A stretch of 51,506 nucleotides of DNA. It comes from a virus. Each line of letters starts with the position of its first letter. The first letter of the stretch is position 1. The notes beneath the pieces were generated by a model. That model was not told the DNA's origin and ran no database searches. It saw only the letters and a list, made by a program, of their open reading frames with translations. The translations under genes and the position numbers were made by a program. Where the stretch lies: the UHGV virus genome UHGV-0335272, one strand, 5' to 3'. Positions 28,195-38,982 of this stretch are shown one piece after another.

Positions 28195-29352
28195 ATGCTG
28201 GTACTGAAGCAACAACTGAAAGAGGCCCGCATCCCGCAGGCGGTGGTGGCAAGAGCCGTCGCCGTTTCCGAGGCCACGCTGGCCCAGATTGTGAACCATA
28301 ACGAGTGGCCCCGCACCAGCCCCGAAGAGGTGCGCCAGCGTCTGGCGTCCTGGCTGGAAAGTCAGGGGATTAATACAGCGAAGAGTTTTGATGCTGCACA
28401 GAGCGCTGCCACGCCCTGTACAGCGGGTACAACCAACCTCAGTGAGGAAGAGAACATGTTACTCAAAAAGCAGGTGTTATTTCCAGCAACTAAAAAAGCG
28501 TTTGGCCTTTTCCGTGACCCGTTCGCCGATGAAGCCATGCAGGGTGCGGACGATGTGTTCACCACGCCGGATATCCGCTACGTGCGTGAGGCGTTGTTCC
28601 AGACTGCCCGCCACGGTGGCTTTCTGGCGGTTATCGGCGAGTCCGGCGCGGGTAAATCCACGCTGCGCCGCGACCTGATTGAACGCGTCAACCGTGAGAA
28701 CGCGCCGGTGATTGTTATCGAGCCATACATCATCGCCATGGAAGACAACGACGTGAAGGGCAAAACCCTGAAGGCGGCAGCTATCGCCGAGGCCATTATC
28801 AGCACCATCGCACCGCTGGAGAGTATCAAACGCAGCCAGGACGCCCGCTTCCGCCAGCTGCACCGCGTCCTGAAGGACAGCAGTCAGGCGGGGTTCAGCC
28901 ACGTTCTGGTTATTGAGGAGGCCCACAGTCTGCCCATCCCGACGCTGAAGCACCTTAAACGCTTCTTTGAGCTGGAGTCCGGCTTCAAGAAACTGCTGTC
29001 CATCGTGCTGATTGGCCAGCCTGAACTGGCGGACAAACTGTCTGAACGCAACATGGAAGTCCGAGAGGTCGTCCAGCGCTGCGAGGTGGTTGAACTGCTG
29101 CCTCTGGACAACAGTCTTGAAGAGTTTCTGACGTTCAAACTGCAACGCGCCGGTAAGCAGCTGGCCGACATCATGGACGCCAGTGCAGTGGAGGCCATCC
29201 GCGCCCGCCTGAGCAATCTGGGCAGTAACCGTAAAAGCATGGTCAGCCTGCTGTATCCGCTGGCCGTCAGTAACCTGGTGATAGCAGCCATGAATCTGGC
29301 CGCTGAAATCGGGGTTCCGCAGGTCAACGCCGACGTCGTCAAGGGGGTTTAA
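28195..29352 (+). CDS. Transposition ATPase (MuB-like AAA+)
   Basis: 385 aa; Walker A GESGAGKST, Walker B VLVIEEAHSL; N-terminal HTH-like region. Confidence 0.8.
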   Translation: MLVLKQQLKEARIPQAVVARAVAVSEATLAQIVNHNEWPRTSPEEVRQRLASWLESQGINTAKSFDAAQSAATPCTAGTTNLSEEENMLLKKQVLFPATKKAFGLFRDPFADEAMQGADDVFTTPDIRYVREALFQTARHGGFLAVIGESGAGKSTLRRDLIERVNRENAPVIVIEPYIIAMEDNDVKGKTLKAAAIAEAIISTIAPLESIKRSQDARFRQLHRVLKDSSQAGFSHVLVIEEAHSLPIPTLKHLKRFFELESGFKKLLSIVLIGQPELADKLSERNMEVREVVQRCEVVELLPLDNSLEEFLTFKLQRAGKQLADIMDASAVEAIRARLSNLGSNRKSMVSLLYPLAVSNLVIAAMNLAAEIGVPQVNADVVKGV

Positions 29353-29354
29353 TC

Positions 29355-29624
29355 ATGAAATCCATCGCCGATATCAATCAGCAGATGAACAAGGTGCAGT
29401 CTGCCATTATGGCGCTCAACGCCATGAACACTACCGTGCAGAGCGTCATGATTGCGGGTAGTAAGCCGGTTATCCGCATCGCCCGCAACGGGCACTGTGC
29501 CCGCCTGCTGGAGCAGGGCAAAGCGAGTTATACCCATGTTGGTCATGACGGCTCAGGGCGCTTTCGTCAGGGCGTCTTTGAACTGCATGGCTGCCGTATT
29601 ACCTGGTCAGAGTCATTACATTAA
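29355..29624 (+). CDS. Hypothetical early protein
   Basis: 89-aa ORF immediately after B gene. Confidence 0.4.
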   Translation: MKSIADINQQMNKVQSAIMALNAMNTTVQSVMIAGSKPVIRIARNGHCARLLEQGKASYTHVGHDGSGRFRQGVFELHGCRITWSESLH

Positions 29625-29641
29625 CCATAAGGTGAACAGAG

Positions 29642-30253
29642 ATGAGCGAAGTAAATAAAGAAGACTACATGAAAGACCGCAAGGGGCGTCTGGTGCCGGT
29701 TGACCAGGTGTCTGACTATGACCTTGCGATGGATTCTTTCGTTAAAGAACAGGTTGCCGCCGCGAAAGTTAAACGCGATGAACTCAGCGACTTCAAGCGT
29801 CGTGCCTTTGACGAGTGCTATGCCTGGCTTGACCTTGTGGCCGAGAAGTACGGCAGAACGCGTGGCGGTGCCAAAGGCAACGTGACCTTCAGCAGCTTCG
29901 ACGGTGCTCAGCAGATCACCATCCGCGTGCAGGAAACCCTGACCTTCGGGCCAGAGCTGCAGATTGCCAAAGACCTGATAGACGAGTGCGTCACCGAGTG
30001 GTCGGAAGGCGCAAACGCCAACCTGCGAGCCATCATCAGCGATGCTTTTCAAGTGGACAAAGAGGGCCAGCTTAACACCGGACGTATTCTTTCCCTGCGC
30101 CGGGTCAAGATTCAGGACGAGCGCTGGAACCGGGCAATGGAGGCCATATCGGAATCACTGCAGGTGGCAATGTCCAAAACTTATATTAATTTCCGGGAGA
30201 AAGATAAACACGGGAAGCTAATTAATATTCCGTTAGATATCGCTGCCATTTAA
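29642..30253 (+). CDS. Hypothetical early protein (DUF3164-like by recollection)
   Basis: 203-aa ORF with RBS. Confidence 0.45.
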   Translation: MSEVNKEDYMKDRKGRLVPVDQVSDYDLAMDSFVKEQVAAAKVKRDELSDFKRRAFDECYAWLDLVAEKYGRTRGGAKGNVTFSSFDGAQQITIRVQETLTFGPELQIAKDLIDECVTEWSEGANANLRAIISDAFQVDKEGQLNTGRILSLRRVKIQDERWNRAMEAISESLQVAMSKTYINFREKDKHGKLINIPLDIAAI

Positions 30254-30331
30254 TTTTAATTCAATTTCTTTTTATTTCGGCGTCAGCGCCGTGGGCTTCT
30301 GCACGCCGAAAACAGTATTGAGGAATAAATC

Positions 30332-30544
30332 ATGTCCATCAAATGTTCCAACTGTAAGAAAGGTATCACCACCCTGAAGTTCAGCGACGCCAACGTCATT
30401 ACCTCTGGCAAATACCATGTACCAGCCGTCCTCATCACTCTGGTATGCCCGCACTGCAGCCAGCACTACTACACGGAAGTCCCGGCCATGGAGTTCATCC
30501 CCTGTGAAATGAAACAAGGAAAAGAGGCCTCCGATGAAAATTAA
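30332..30544 (+). CDS. Small Cys4 zinc-ribbon protein
   Basis: 70 aa with CSNC ... CPHC. Confidence 0.5.
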   Translation: MSIKCSNCKKGITTLKFSDANVITSGKYHVPAVLITLVCPHCSQHYYTEVPAMEFIPCEMKQGKEASDEN

Positions 30545-30737
30545 TCCATCAGCGGCAACGTGTTTAGAACGAATAAAGACTTTGAATGCTGATAACCAGC
30601 GTTCAGTCAGGGTTAATCTCGGTGTACTTAAAGCGGCTCGTAGTGAAATCCTGGCCCAGGTTGCGATAAACGGAAAAGGCGTCATGACCGATATGGTGCT
30701 CCATGCGTTAGACCACGCGATCAAGGAGGGCCGGTAA
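30534..30737 (+). CDS. Hypothetical small protein
   Basis: 67-aa ORF overlapping previous stop. Confidence 0.4.
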   Translation: MKINPSAATCLERIKTLNADNQRSVRVNLGVLKAARSEILAQVAINGKGVMTDMVLHALDHAIKEGR

Positions 30738-30739
30738 TC

Positions 30740-30910
30740 ATGTGGGTACTTATTTTGTGGATGTTCACATCAGGTACTGAAGGCGAAGGCCTTGTCATAA
30801 CATCTCCGGAATTTACTACTGAGAGTGCCTGCAGGGCAGCATTCCAGGAAGTTAAACGCGTCAATGCCGGTGAAATTTATCTTCGCGGTGTATGCACACC
30901 AAAGGACTAA
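30740..30910 (+). CDS. Hypothetical small protein (56 aa)
   Basis: Manually translated ORF MWVLILWMFTSGTEGEG..., below ORF-track size cutoff; tight spacing to neighbours. Confidence 0.3.
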   Translation: MWVLILWMFTSGTEGEGLVITSPEFTTESACRAAFQEVKRVNAGEIYLRGVCTPKD

Positions 30911-30913
30911 ATC

Positions 30914-31606
30914 ATGCCAATGACTGATAAAGAGAAAGTGCTGGAAAAGTTAAAAAAACTTCTGGCGCTGTCAAAATCTGATAATCCCCATGAAGCCTCA
31001 CTGGCACTGCAGCGTGTTCAGAAACTGATGCAGGCATACGGCATTACCCGTGACGATATCGCTCTCAGTGATATAGACGAAAGCATTAGCAACTACTGGG
31101 CTGCAGGCAGCGTTAATCCACCACGTTACATGCTGGGTCTGCTGGGCATCATCCAGGCTGCCTTTGGGGTGGAATCTATTATTCATTCAGGTCATAAACC
31201 CAGCGTTGGGTTTTACGGTAATAAAGACCGCGTTGAGCTGGCGTCTTATACCTGGGATGTTCTCGCCCGACAGCTTATTACGGCGCGAAAAAAACATATC
31301 GGGCAGCAGAATAAAAGAATCAAAAGCACGACAAAGACCAGCCGTGGCGACAAATTTGCCGAAGGTTGGGTACTGGCCGTGCGTAGTGAAGTGCAATTGT
31401 TTGCTATGACCCGTGAGGAACGGGAGCTGGCTCGACTCTGGCTCGAACAGAAATACCCTGATTCAGGCACAACTACGGGCCGTGAAGCTGGGAAATCACG
31501 TGACGCGGATTTGTCGCGCCATATCGGTTACAGAGAAGGGGAAAACGTTCGCCTGCATCAGCCTGTCAGCGGGCATGAGCAGCGGAAGCTGGGGAGTGGC
31601 TTATGA
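30914..31606 (+). CDS. Hypothetical early protein (DUF2786-like N-terminus by recollection)
   Basis: 230-aa ORF, N-terminal KVLEKLKKLLALSKSDNPHEASLALQRVQKLM. Confidence 0.45.
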   Translation: MPMTDKEKVLEKLKKLLALSKSDNPHEASLALQRVQKLMQAYGITRDDIALSDIDESISNYWAAGSVNPPRYMLGLLGIIQAAFGVESIIHSGHKPSVGFYGNKDRVELASYTWDVLARQLITARKKHIGQQNKRIKSTTKTSRGDKFAEGWVLAVRSEVQLFAMTREERELARLWLEQKYPDSGTTTGREAGKSRDADLSRHIGYREGENVRLHQPVSGHEQRKLGSGL

Positions 31607-31818
31607 TGGCTGAATATATTGTATGCGCCCTGTTCTGGTACTGCCTCGTGGGGTGGTGTAATGCTGAGCTGCACCGCCATTCAGGTTTTTGTTCACGATA
31701 CAGCGGCGCTAAATACTGGATTAGCTGGGCGGTAATGCTCCTTTGCTGGCCTGTAGCCCTTCCTTTATATGTTGACTATGTCAGAGGAAAATCGAAAGGT
31801 GAGGTCGATGATGACTAA
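31603..31818 (+). CDS. Small membrane protein
   Basis: 71 aa with two hydrophobic helices. Confidence 0.4.
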   Translation: MMAEYIVCALFWYCLVGWCNAELHRHSGFCSRYSGAKYWISWAVMLLCWPVALPLYVDYVRGKSKGEVDDD

Positions 31819-32236
31819 ACAGCGCCTCATTCAACTTATTCATATTGCCCGCAGCGACCTCCAGATGGATGAGGATACCTACCGCCAGATGCTGCAGGGG
31901 CTGACCGGCAAAGCCTCGACCAAAGGGATGGATATCACACAGCTAAACAGCGTGCTGGAATCCATGAAAAAGAAAGGTTTTCGCGTTAAGCCTGCCGGGA
32001 AATCCAGGTCCGGTTTACCGCTGGATAGCCATCCTCAGTCAAAGAAAATCCGTGCACTATGGCTTGAAATGGCTGCGGCAGGTGTCGTCCGTGACAGTTC
32101 AGAGCAGGCGCTGGCGCTATGGGTTAAACGGGAAACGGGCATCAGCGCGTTACGCTGGCTCAGCAATGAGCAGGCAAGTAGCGTTATTGAGAAACTGAAA
32201 AAGTGGCAGCGTAGGGCTGCGGGGGTGAAGCAATGA
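31808..32236 (+). CDS. GemA-like regulatory protein
   Basis: ORF trimmed to ATGATG with AGGTGAGG RBS; immediately upstream of mor. Confidence 0.6.
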   Translation: MMTKQRLIQLIHIARSDLQMDEDTYRQMLQGLTGKASTKGMDITQLNSVLESMKKKGFRVKPAGKSRSGLPLDSHPQSKKIRALWLEMAAAGVVRDSSEQALALWVKRETGISALRWLSNEQASSVIEKLKKWQRRAAGVKQ

Positions 32237-32622
32237 GCGACCTGAATCAGTTTCGTAGTAAAGGGCCGGAACTGTTGGTGGAACTGGCACAGCACACCTC
32301 TGAGACCGTCCGCGAGATTATTGATATCGAACCAGCAGTTGCCGACCAGATTGGTCAGGCCGTCGCGAACCGCATGATGCAGGTCTGGGGCGGCCAAAAC
32401 GTCTATTTCCCGATGGGCATGGTCTGGAAGGTCAGCCAGCGCGACCGTGAAATTTTCCTGGAGTTTGACGGGCGCAACCATCACGAACTGGCCCGTAAAT
32501 TTGGTGTTTCGCTACAGTGGGTTTACAGCGTGGTGAAGCGGGTCAGAAAAGAAGAACTGGATCGGATGCAGGGCAAACTGTTTGATGGTGAACCCGATGC
32601 CGATACGGGGAAAAAGGAGTAA
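32233..32622 (+). CDS. Mor/C-family transcriptional activator
   Basis: 129 aa; GGQNVYFP ... DGRNHHELARKFGVSLQWVYSVVKR matches Mor/C family pattern. Confidence 0.8.
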   Translation: MSDLNQFRSKGPELLVELAQHTSETVREIIDIEPAVADQIGQAVANRMMQVWGGQNVYFPMGMVWKVSQRDREIFLEFDGRNHHELARKFGVSLQWVYSVVKRVRKEELDRMQGKLFDGEPDADTGKKE

Positions 32623-32630
32623 TATCTGCA

Positions 32631-32783
<153 letters not shown>

Positions 32784-33713
32784 CGCGGCGGCGACATTGC
32801 GCTGGGCATTGGTGACGAAGTGCTCTCGCCCGTAATGTTCCCCGTGCTGCACCAGCTGCTGGGCCAGACGCTGATCACCACCGACGGGAAGACGCTGCTG
32901 GGGGCAGATGACAAGGCGGGTATCGCGGAGATCATGACGGCGCTGGCGGTGCTGAAGGGCAAAAACATCCCGCACGGGGATATCCGCGTGGCCTTTACGC
33001 CGGATGAAGAGGTCGGCAAGGGCGCGAAGCATTTCGACGTGGAAGCCTTTAACGCGCAGTGGGCCTATACCGTCGACGGCGGCGGCGTCGGTGAACTGGA
33101 GTATGAAAACTTCAATGCCGCGTCCGTCACGATCAAAATTGTCGGCAACAACGTTCATCCTGGCTCGGCGAAAGGCGTTATGGTGAACGCGCTGTCGCTG
33201 GCGTCCAGAATTCATGCAGAAGTCCCGGCGGAAGAGAGCCCTGAACAGACCGAAGGGTATGAAGGTTTCTATCACCTGACCAGCATCAAAGGCACCGTGG
33301 ACAGCGCGCAGATGCACTACATCATCCGCGATTTCGACCGCAAAGCCTTTGAGGCGCGCAAGCGCAAGATGATGGAGATCGCGAAGAAGGTCGGTAAAGG
33401 ATTACACCCAGATTGCTATATTGAGCTGATCATTGAAGACAGCTATTACAACATGCGCGAGAAGGTGATGGCGCATCCGCATATTCTCGATATTGCCCAG
33501 CAGGCGATGCGCGACTGCGATATTGAACCGCAGCTGAAGCCGATTCGCGGCGGCACCGACGGTTCTCAGCTGTCGTTTATGGGGCTGCCGTGCCCGAACC
33601 TGTTTACCGGTGGCTACAACTACCATGGCAAGCATGAGTTTGTGACGCTGGAAGGGATGGAAAAAGCGGTGAAGGTGATAGTACGGATAGCGGAGTTGAC
33701 CGCGAAGCGGTAA
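32784..33713 (+). pseudogene. pepT: Peptidase T, 5'-truncated by prophage insertion (3' ~300 codons present)
   Basis: Reading frame resumes at ...[25 protein letters not shown], matching internal PepT sequence; no upstream PepT N-terminus in window. Confidence 0.85.
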
Positions 33714-33756
33714 GAAAAAGCCCGGTGGCGAAGTGCTTACCGGGCATTAGAGCGAC

Positions 33757-34878
33757 TCAGTCCTCAAAGAACCAGTACCCGCTGTTGACCAGCGCGGCCA
33801 GCATCGCGAGGAAGGAAGGATCTTCCAGCGCATCGCCAAAGGTGTCGGCAGTGAGCACCAGATGGCTGGCAATGGCTTCCAGCGCCGGGCGGTGCGGAGA
33901 GTCCAGCTTCTCGCCGTTGACGAACACCTCTTCACCAATGCGCAGCACGCGCAACCCGCCCAGACGCGTCAGCTTATCGCCCTGCTGAAGCGCATCATAA
34001 ATCTCGTCAGCCTGATACGGCGGCTCCGGCGGCGCAACGTCCAGCTCATGACGAGACTGGCTGATAAACTCACCAAACCACTGTTTGAAGTGCTCCGGCT
34101 CGTTGATCAAATCCAGCATCATGCCGCGCAGCTTATCGAGTTCTTCTGGCAGAATATCCGCCGGATGCTCGCGCGCAGGCACATCAGGGTCGCTGTAACG
34201 ATAGCTGCCCAGCTCGCGCTGCAGAACATAGTCGGCAAATCCGCTGATCATCTCGCGGCCGCTCGGCGCGCGGAACCCCACGGAATAGTTGAGTGAGTTT
34301 TCCAGGGAGTAGCCTTCGTGAGGGAATCCCGGCGGGATGTAGAGAATATCACCCGGCTCCAGCTCTTCGTCGATAATCCCTTCAAACGGGTCAACCTGAA
34401 GCAGGTCAGGATGCGGGCAGTGCTGCTTCATCGGCACTTTTTCGCCCACGCGCCAGCGGCGGCGGCCCGTACCCTGAATGATGAACACGTCGTACTGGTC
34501 AAGATGTGGACCTACGCCGCCGCCCGGCACGGAGAAGGAGATCATCAGATCGTCCATGCGCCAGTCGGGCAGGGCGCGGAACGGGCGCATTAATGCGGCA
34601 GTCGGCTCGTGCCAGTGGTTGACCGCCTGCACCAGCAGCGACCAGTTGTTTTCACCGAGGTGATCGTAGCTTTCGAAAGGTCCGTGGCTAACCTGCCATT
34701 TCCCGTCCTGGTGGCTGACCAGACGGCTGTCGACTTCGTTTTCCATAGCCAGACCTGCCAGCTCGTCAGGCGAGATAGGGTCGACAAAATTGCTGAATCC
34801 GCGTTTCAGAACCACCGGGCGTTTTTGCCAGTAACGTTCAATAAACTCGGGCCAGTTAAGCGTTAAGTGATAATCCAT
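33757..34878 (-). CDS. roxA: Ribosomal protein L16 arginine hydroxylase (cupin/JmjC)
   Basis: 373 aa, near-identical in pattern to E. coli YcfD/RoxA; conserved pepT-ycfD-phoQ-phoP synteny. Confidence 0.85.
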   Translation of the reverse strand: MDYHLTLNWPEFIERYWQKRPVVLKRGFSNFVDPISPDELAGLAMENEVDSRLVSHQDGKWQVSHGPFESYDHLGENNWSLLVQAVNHWHEPTAALMRPFRALPDWRMDDLMISFSVPGGGVGPHLDQYDVFIIQGTGRRRWRVGEKVPMKQHCPHPDLLQVDPFEGIIDEELEPGDILYIPPGFPHEGYSLENSLNYSVGFRAPSGREMISGFADYVLQRELGSYRYSDPDVPAREHPADILPEELDKLRGMMLDLINEPEHFKQWFGEFISQSRHELDVAPPEPPYQADEIYDALQQGDKLTRLGGLRVLRIGEEVFVNGEKLDSPHRPALEAIASHLVLTADTFGDALEDPSFLAMLAALVNSGYWFFED

Positions 34879-34970
34879 AATTTTTTTATTCCGCAGGCTC
34901 TTACTGACTCGGATTATAACGGAAGCTCAGTCCCCCGGCTGCGAGATCCTCGCATTTTTCACATAACGGG

Positions 34971-36434
34971 TTAACTATCGTTCAATGTGGGCTGCTGGCG
35001 ACCAAAAATAACCTCCATTCTGGCGCCGCCCAGCAGGCTTTCACTGGTTTCTATTTTCCCGTCGTACTGGTCGACAATCTCACGGGCGACGGCCAATCCT
35101 ACGCCCTGGCCAGGACGTAGCGTATCGGCGCGCTGACCGCGATCGAACACCACGTCACGCTTATTGCGCGGGATGCCCGGACCATCATCCTCAACGATAA
35201 TATGCAGTTCGGTTTCCGTCTGACGCGCAGACACTTCCACGAACTCCAGGCAGTATTTGCAGGCGTTATCCAGCAGGTTACCCATCACTTCCATGAAGTC
35301 ATTTTTTTCACCCACAAAGCTTATCTCTGGCGAGATATCGAGGCTGATGTTCACCCCTTTACGCTGATACACCTTGTTGAGGGCGGACGTGAGGTTATCC
35401 AGAAGCGGGGCTACCGGGTGCAGCTCGCGGCTCAGAAGCGCGCTGCCGGAACGCATGCTGGCGCGGTGCAGGTAATAGCCAATTTGCTGGGAAATACGGC
35501 TGATCTGCTCCAGCATCACCGGCTCGGCATCATCGACGCTCAGCTTCGAACTGCGCATTGAACGCAGGGTACTTTGCATGACGGCCAGCGGAGTTTTCAG
35601 GCTGTGGGTCAGGTCGGTAAGGGTGGTACGGTATTTATCGTAGCGTTCGCGTTCACTTTTAAGCAGGCGGTTGAGGTTACGCACCAGGCTGGTGAGCTCA
35701 CGGGTGGTTTCCGGGTTCAGCTTCTCGCGATGATGTTCTTCCAGCTCACGAACCTCTTTCGCCAGTGATTCAATGGGGCGCAAGCTCCACCACGCCGCCA
35801 CCCACAGCAGCGGGATCACCAGCAGGAGATTCGCAGCCAGAACGTAGATGAACCAGCTCCAGACCATATAAGAACGCTTCAGCTCGACCGGAATGGTGTC
35901 GATCACCACGATGGTCAGCTGCGGCATGTTCAGCGTCGCTGGATAGAGGTTAATCGCGACGGAGTGCGTCATCTCCGTCTCGGCGTTGTCGGCGCGGATC
36001 TCGTTCAGCTTTTGCTGCAGGGAGCGATCTTCATGGATCAGCGAGCTGGTGGTGTTGAGATCGGCTTCAATTTCGTGAAATCCGTTGGTTTTGAGCCATT
36101 CCGGACGAATGCTTTTGACCAGCCAGGGAATATCACGCTGCGCCCACAGTAATTTCCCCTTTTCGTTATAAATCAGGGCCAGCGTTGGACTCTGCTGGTT
36201 GAGGTTTTCCGGCATTTCGACGGTGATTTGGTTGTTTTCCCACTTCGCCAGGGTATAAAACAGATTGCTTTCGCCACGCAGCAGCCGAAAGGTGGTTTTA
36301 TCAAAGCTGACGCTGTAGCCCACCAGGGCGACCATGCCGTAGGAGAGCGACAGCACCAGCACGACGGCAGCCGTGGCCAGTAAGAAACGAACCCGCAGCG
36401 AGAGGGGCAGTATGTGGCGTAAAATCCCTCTCAT
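34971..36434 (-). CDS. phoQ: Sensor histidine kinase PhoQ
   Basis: 487 aa, strongly resembles E. coli PhoQ throughout. Confidence 0.95.
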   Translation of the reverse strand: MRGILRHILPLSLRVRFLLATAAVVLVLSLSYGMVALVGYSVSFDKTTFRLLRGESNLFYTLAKWENNQITVEMPENLNQQSPTLALIYNEKGKLLWAQRDIPWLVKSIRPEWLKTNGFHEIEADLNTTSSLIHEDRSLQQKLNEIRADNAETEMTHSVAINLYPATLNMPQLTIVVIDTIPVELKRSYMVWSWFIYVLAANLLLVIPLLWVAAWWSLRPIESLAKEVRELEEHHREKLNPETTRELTSLVRNLNRLLKSERERYDKYRTTLTDLTHSLKTPLAVMQSTLRSMRSSKLSVDDAEPVMLEQISRISQQIGYYLHRASMRSGSALLSRELHPVAPLLDNLTSALNKVYQRKGVNISLDISPEISFVGEKNDFMEVMGNLLDNACKYCLEFVEVSARQTETELHIIVEDDGPGIPRNKRDVVFDRGQRADTLRPGQGVGLAVAREIVDQYDGKIETSESLLGGARMEVIFGRQQPTLNDS

Positions 36435-37106
36435 TTAGCGTAATTCGAACAGGTAGCCCTGGCCACGGACGGTGGTAATCACATCCTGCGGATACTGCGC
36501 CTGAATTTTCTTACGCAAACGCCCCATCAGCACGTCAATGGTATGGCTCTCGCGCAGTTCAGCATCAGGGTAAAGCTGGAGCATTAAGGAATCTTTGCTC
36601 ACCACTTTGCCATTGTTACGGATCAGCGTTTCCATGATGGTGTATTCGAAGGCGGTGAGCTTAATCACTTCATCATTGATCGCTAATTCCCGGCGGGAGA
36701 GATCGACCTGGAATGGCGGGATGGAAATAACCTGTGAAGCCAGCCCGCTGTTGCGGCGTAACAGCGCCTGCATGCGCGCCGCCACCTCTTCAATATGAAA
36801 CGGCTTGGTGACGTAATCGTCTGCACCCGCGCTGAGCACTTCAACCTTATCCTGCCAGCCTTCACGGGCGGTCAGAACCAGAACCGGCAGGGAGACATCG
36901 TGGCTGCGCCAGCGGCGAATTAGCGACAGACCGTCTTCGTCAGGCAACCCTAAATCGACAATGGCGATATCCGGCAGGTGTTCATTGAGATAATAATCGG
37001 CTTCTTTTGCATCTTCAGCATCGTCCACCTGATGTCCCATCTCCTGAAGCTGAACCTTCAGGTGATGGCGTAGTAATGCGTTATCCTCAACAACCAGTAC
37101 GCGCAT
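36435..37106 (-). CDS. phoP: Response regulator PhoP
   Basis: [19 protein letters not shown]... matches E. coli PhoP; start taken at second ATG. Confidence 0.95.
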   Translation of the reverse strand: MRVLVVEDNALLRHHLKVQLQEMGHQVDDAEDAKEADYYLNEHLPDIAIVDLGLPDEDGLSLIRRWRSHDVSLPVLVLTAREGWQDKVEVLSAGADDYVTKPFHIEEVAARMQALLRRNSGLASQVISIPPFQVDLSRRELAINDEVIKLTAFEYTIMETLIRNNGKVVSKDSLMLQLYPDAELRESHTIDVLMGRLRKKIQAQYPQDVITTVRGQGYLFELR

Positions 37107-37179
37107 CATCTCTTCTCCCTAAAAAATTGGTATGAATAGTTTAACGCTGATTATGGAGTTTGGAACCAGCGCTATGAAA

Positions 37180-38469
37180 TTAAATGACTTTTTTCATGCT
37201 CCCTATGCCTTGGGGGCGTCCTGGGGGCAAAGCTGTCGGCATCTGATTGTTCAGCATGTTGACCTGATCCTGGTTCATATCGCCAATCCACTTCGAATAA
37301 ACCTCATACACCATACGCGCATCCTCATGGCCCATCTGGCTGGCGATAAAGGACGGGTTCGCGCCGGCCATAAGCGTCCAGCAGGCGTAAGTATGCCGGG
37401 ACTGATAAGGGTTTCTCTCACGAATACCTGAAAGTTTAGTTCCCTGTCGCCAGCCATACGAAATCGAATTTTTAGAAAAATAGCTCTCATTCACTGAAGA
37501 TTTCTTTTCCGGCGAAAAAACGAAACGCAGATTTTGTTGTTCGGTTTTGCCGATTTCGCGATGATGAAAAATAATCTGCTGGCGCGGGTTGTTGCCGGTG
37601 ATTTCGTACTGCTCCAGCAGCGCATCATGCGCGGGCTTGAGCAACGTGATCGTTCTGATTCCCGCATCTGTTTTCGGCGGCACAAATACCCGTTTGTTTG
37701 TCAGACTCCTGGACACGTGTATCTCACCTTTTTTCAAATCAATGTCATCCCACGCCAGGGCGCAAATTTCGCCGGGCCTCATTCCCGTATGCACGGCAAC
37801 GATGATGATCAAAGCCAGTTTGCGGGGAAGGGCTGCAATTAGCGCCTGGTACTCATGAAGTAGAAGCGGATCGGGGTCTGCCTTAGATAGCTTGAGCCTG
37901 GATACGCCCTCATAAGGAGCGTGTAATATAAACTGACTTCGATTAGCAAGCTTCAGCATTTCTGATAAAACAGCCATCTGTTTATTGACCGTTGAGGGCG
38001 CGCGCCCCTTTTTAACCAGGTTAGGCATAGAAGGGTTTAACACGCAGCCCGTCAGCAGCTCTTTGCGATAATGCAGTATGTCGGCGTGTTGAATATCAGC
38101 CAGGGGGGTATTTTCTCCCACTACACGCTTCAGGGTGTTAACTGCAGATGTGAGTGAATGCAGAGTAGCTCCTGACACCTCCAGTGCTTTTGTCTCGATG
38201 AAAAAATCGCTCAGCTCACTGAACGTCGCGATCCGCTTTGTTGATGAGAATTTTTTAAGGGCCTTTGACTCAGGGAAGCGCGCCGCATAGTCGAACTGGC
38301 CGAACTGGATCTCACTTACGATGACGGCGCGAAGGTTTCCCGCCTTCTTGATGTTGCTGCTGTTAACCACCCAGCCACGGAGAACTTCGCGGCAGCGAAT
38401 GCCGCGATAGGTAAACGTTATCCTGATTTTTCCGTTATGAAGTTCAACGCCAGTTGGAAAGTTCATCAT
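37180..38469 (-). CDS. Tyrosine integrase (phage integrase family)
   Basis: 429 aa; C-terminal catalytic region with RHTYACW ... [11 protein letters not shown] pattern; first gene at prophage boundary. Confidence 0.85.
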   Translation of the reverse strand: MMNFPTGVELHNGKIRITFTYRGIRCREVLRGWVVNSSNIKKAGNLRAVIVSEIQFGQFDYAARFPESKALKKFSSTKRIATFSELSDFFIETKALEVSGATLHSLTSAVNTLKRVVGENTPLADIQHADILHYRKELLTGCVLNPSMPNLVKKGRAPSTVNKQMAVLSEMLKLANRSQFILHAPYEGVSRLKLSKADPDPLLLHEYQALIAALPRKLALIIIVAVHTGMRPGEICALAWDDIDLKKGEIHVSRSLTNKRVFVPPKTDAGIRTITLLKPAHDALLEQYEITGNNPRQQIIFHHREIGKTEQQNLRFVFSPEKKSSVNESYFSKNSISYGWRQGTKLSGIRERNPYQSRHTYACWTLMAGANPSFIASQMGHEDARMVYEVYSKWIGDMNQDQVNMLNNQMPTALPPGRPQGIGSMKKVI

Positions 38470-38693
38470 GCTTCCTGAATAAATCTATTAATCAGCGGAA
38501 AGTTGTACCAGACCAAAGCGCGCTTGCTTTCCCCACCGGGTACCGCGGGTACTCGCTTAAAATGAACTCCTTCAATCCAGCATCCGAGGCGATAAGCTTT
38601 TATTTGCCTGTCATCCAGCCCCGTTTTCTCAGTTAGCTTTCCCGCCACCATCCACTCTTCATCGAAAATGATTTGCGCCATGCTTAACTCCAT
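38466..38693 (-). CDS. Excisionase-like protein
   Basis: 75-aa ORF overlapping int start by 4 nt. Confidence 0.5.
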   Translation of the reverse strand: MELSMAQIIFDEEWMVAGKLTEKTGLDDRQIKAYRLGCWIEGVHFKRVPAVPGGESKRALVWYNFPLINRFIQEA

Positions 38694-38742
38694 GACGCCG
38701 CCACGATACCGCAGCGGCAGATAGTATATTGATTGTCAAAAA

Positions 38743-38982
38743 TCACCTGCCGAGTCCAGGGAGGCACTGGAGGTGCCTGGCACCGGTCATTGCCGTTGCC
38801 ACATAACTACGGGGGCGGTTAACAACCTCGACCGTAATTTTTCTCCCTTGGATCTTGACGGTGTAAAACGTCTGTTTGTCGTTGCGGCCATGCTCGCCGT
38901 ATTTGTCGAGATGGCATTTTAGAGCGGCGGCACATGCAGGCCCGCCGATGCTGTCTCCCTTGCTTCGGTTAATCAGACGCAC
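38743..38982 (-). CDS. Hypothetical small protein
   Basis: 79-aa ORF in early-left operon. Confidence 0.4.
   Translation of the reverse strand: MRLINRSKGDSIGGPACAAALKCHLDKYGEHGRNDKQTFYTVKIQGRKITVEVVNRPRSYVATAMTGARHLQCLPGLGR

Noticed and set aside
28477-29145. Minus-strand 222-aa ORF
   Set aside because: Antisense to the MuB-like ATPase gene with Walker motifs on the plus strand.
37107-37182. tRNA gene as the integration target of the lambdoid prophage
   Set aside because: No tRNA-like cloverleaf sequence is evident between the integrase and phoP; integration appears to be into an intergenic or promoter site.
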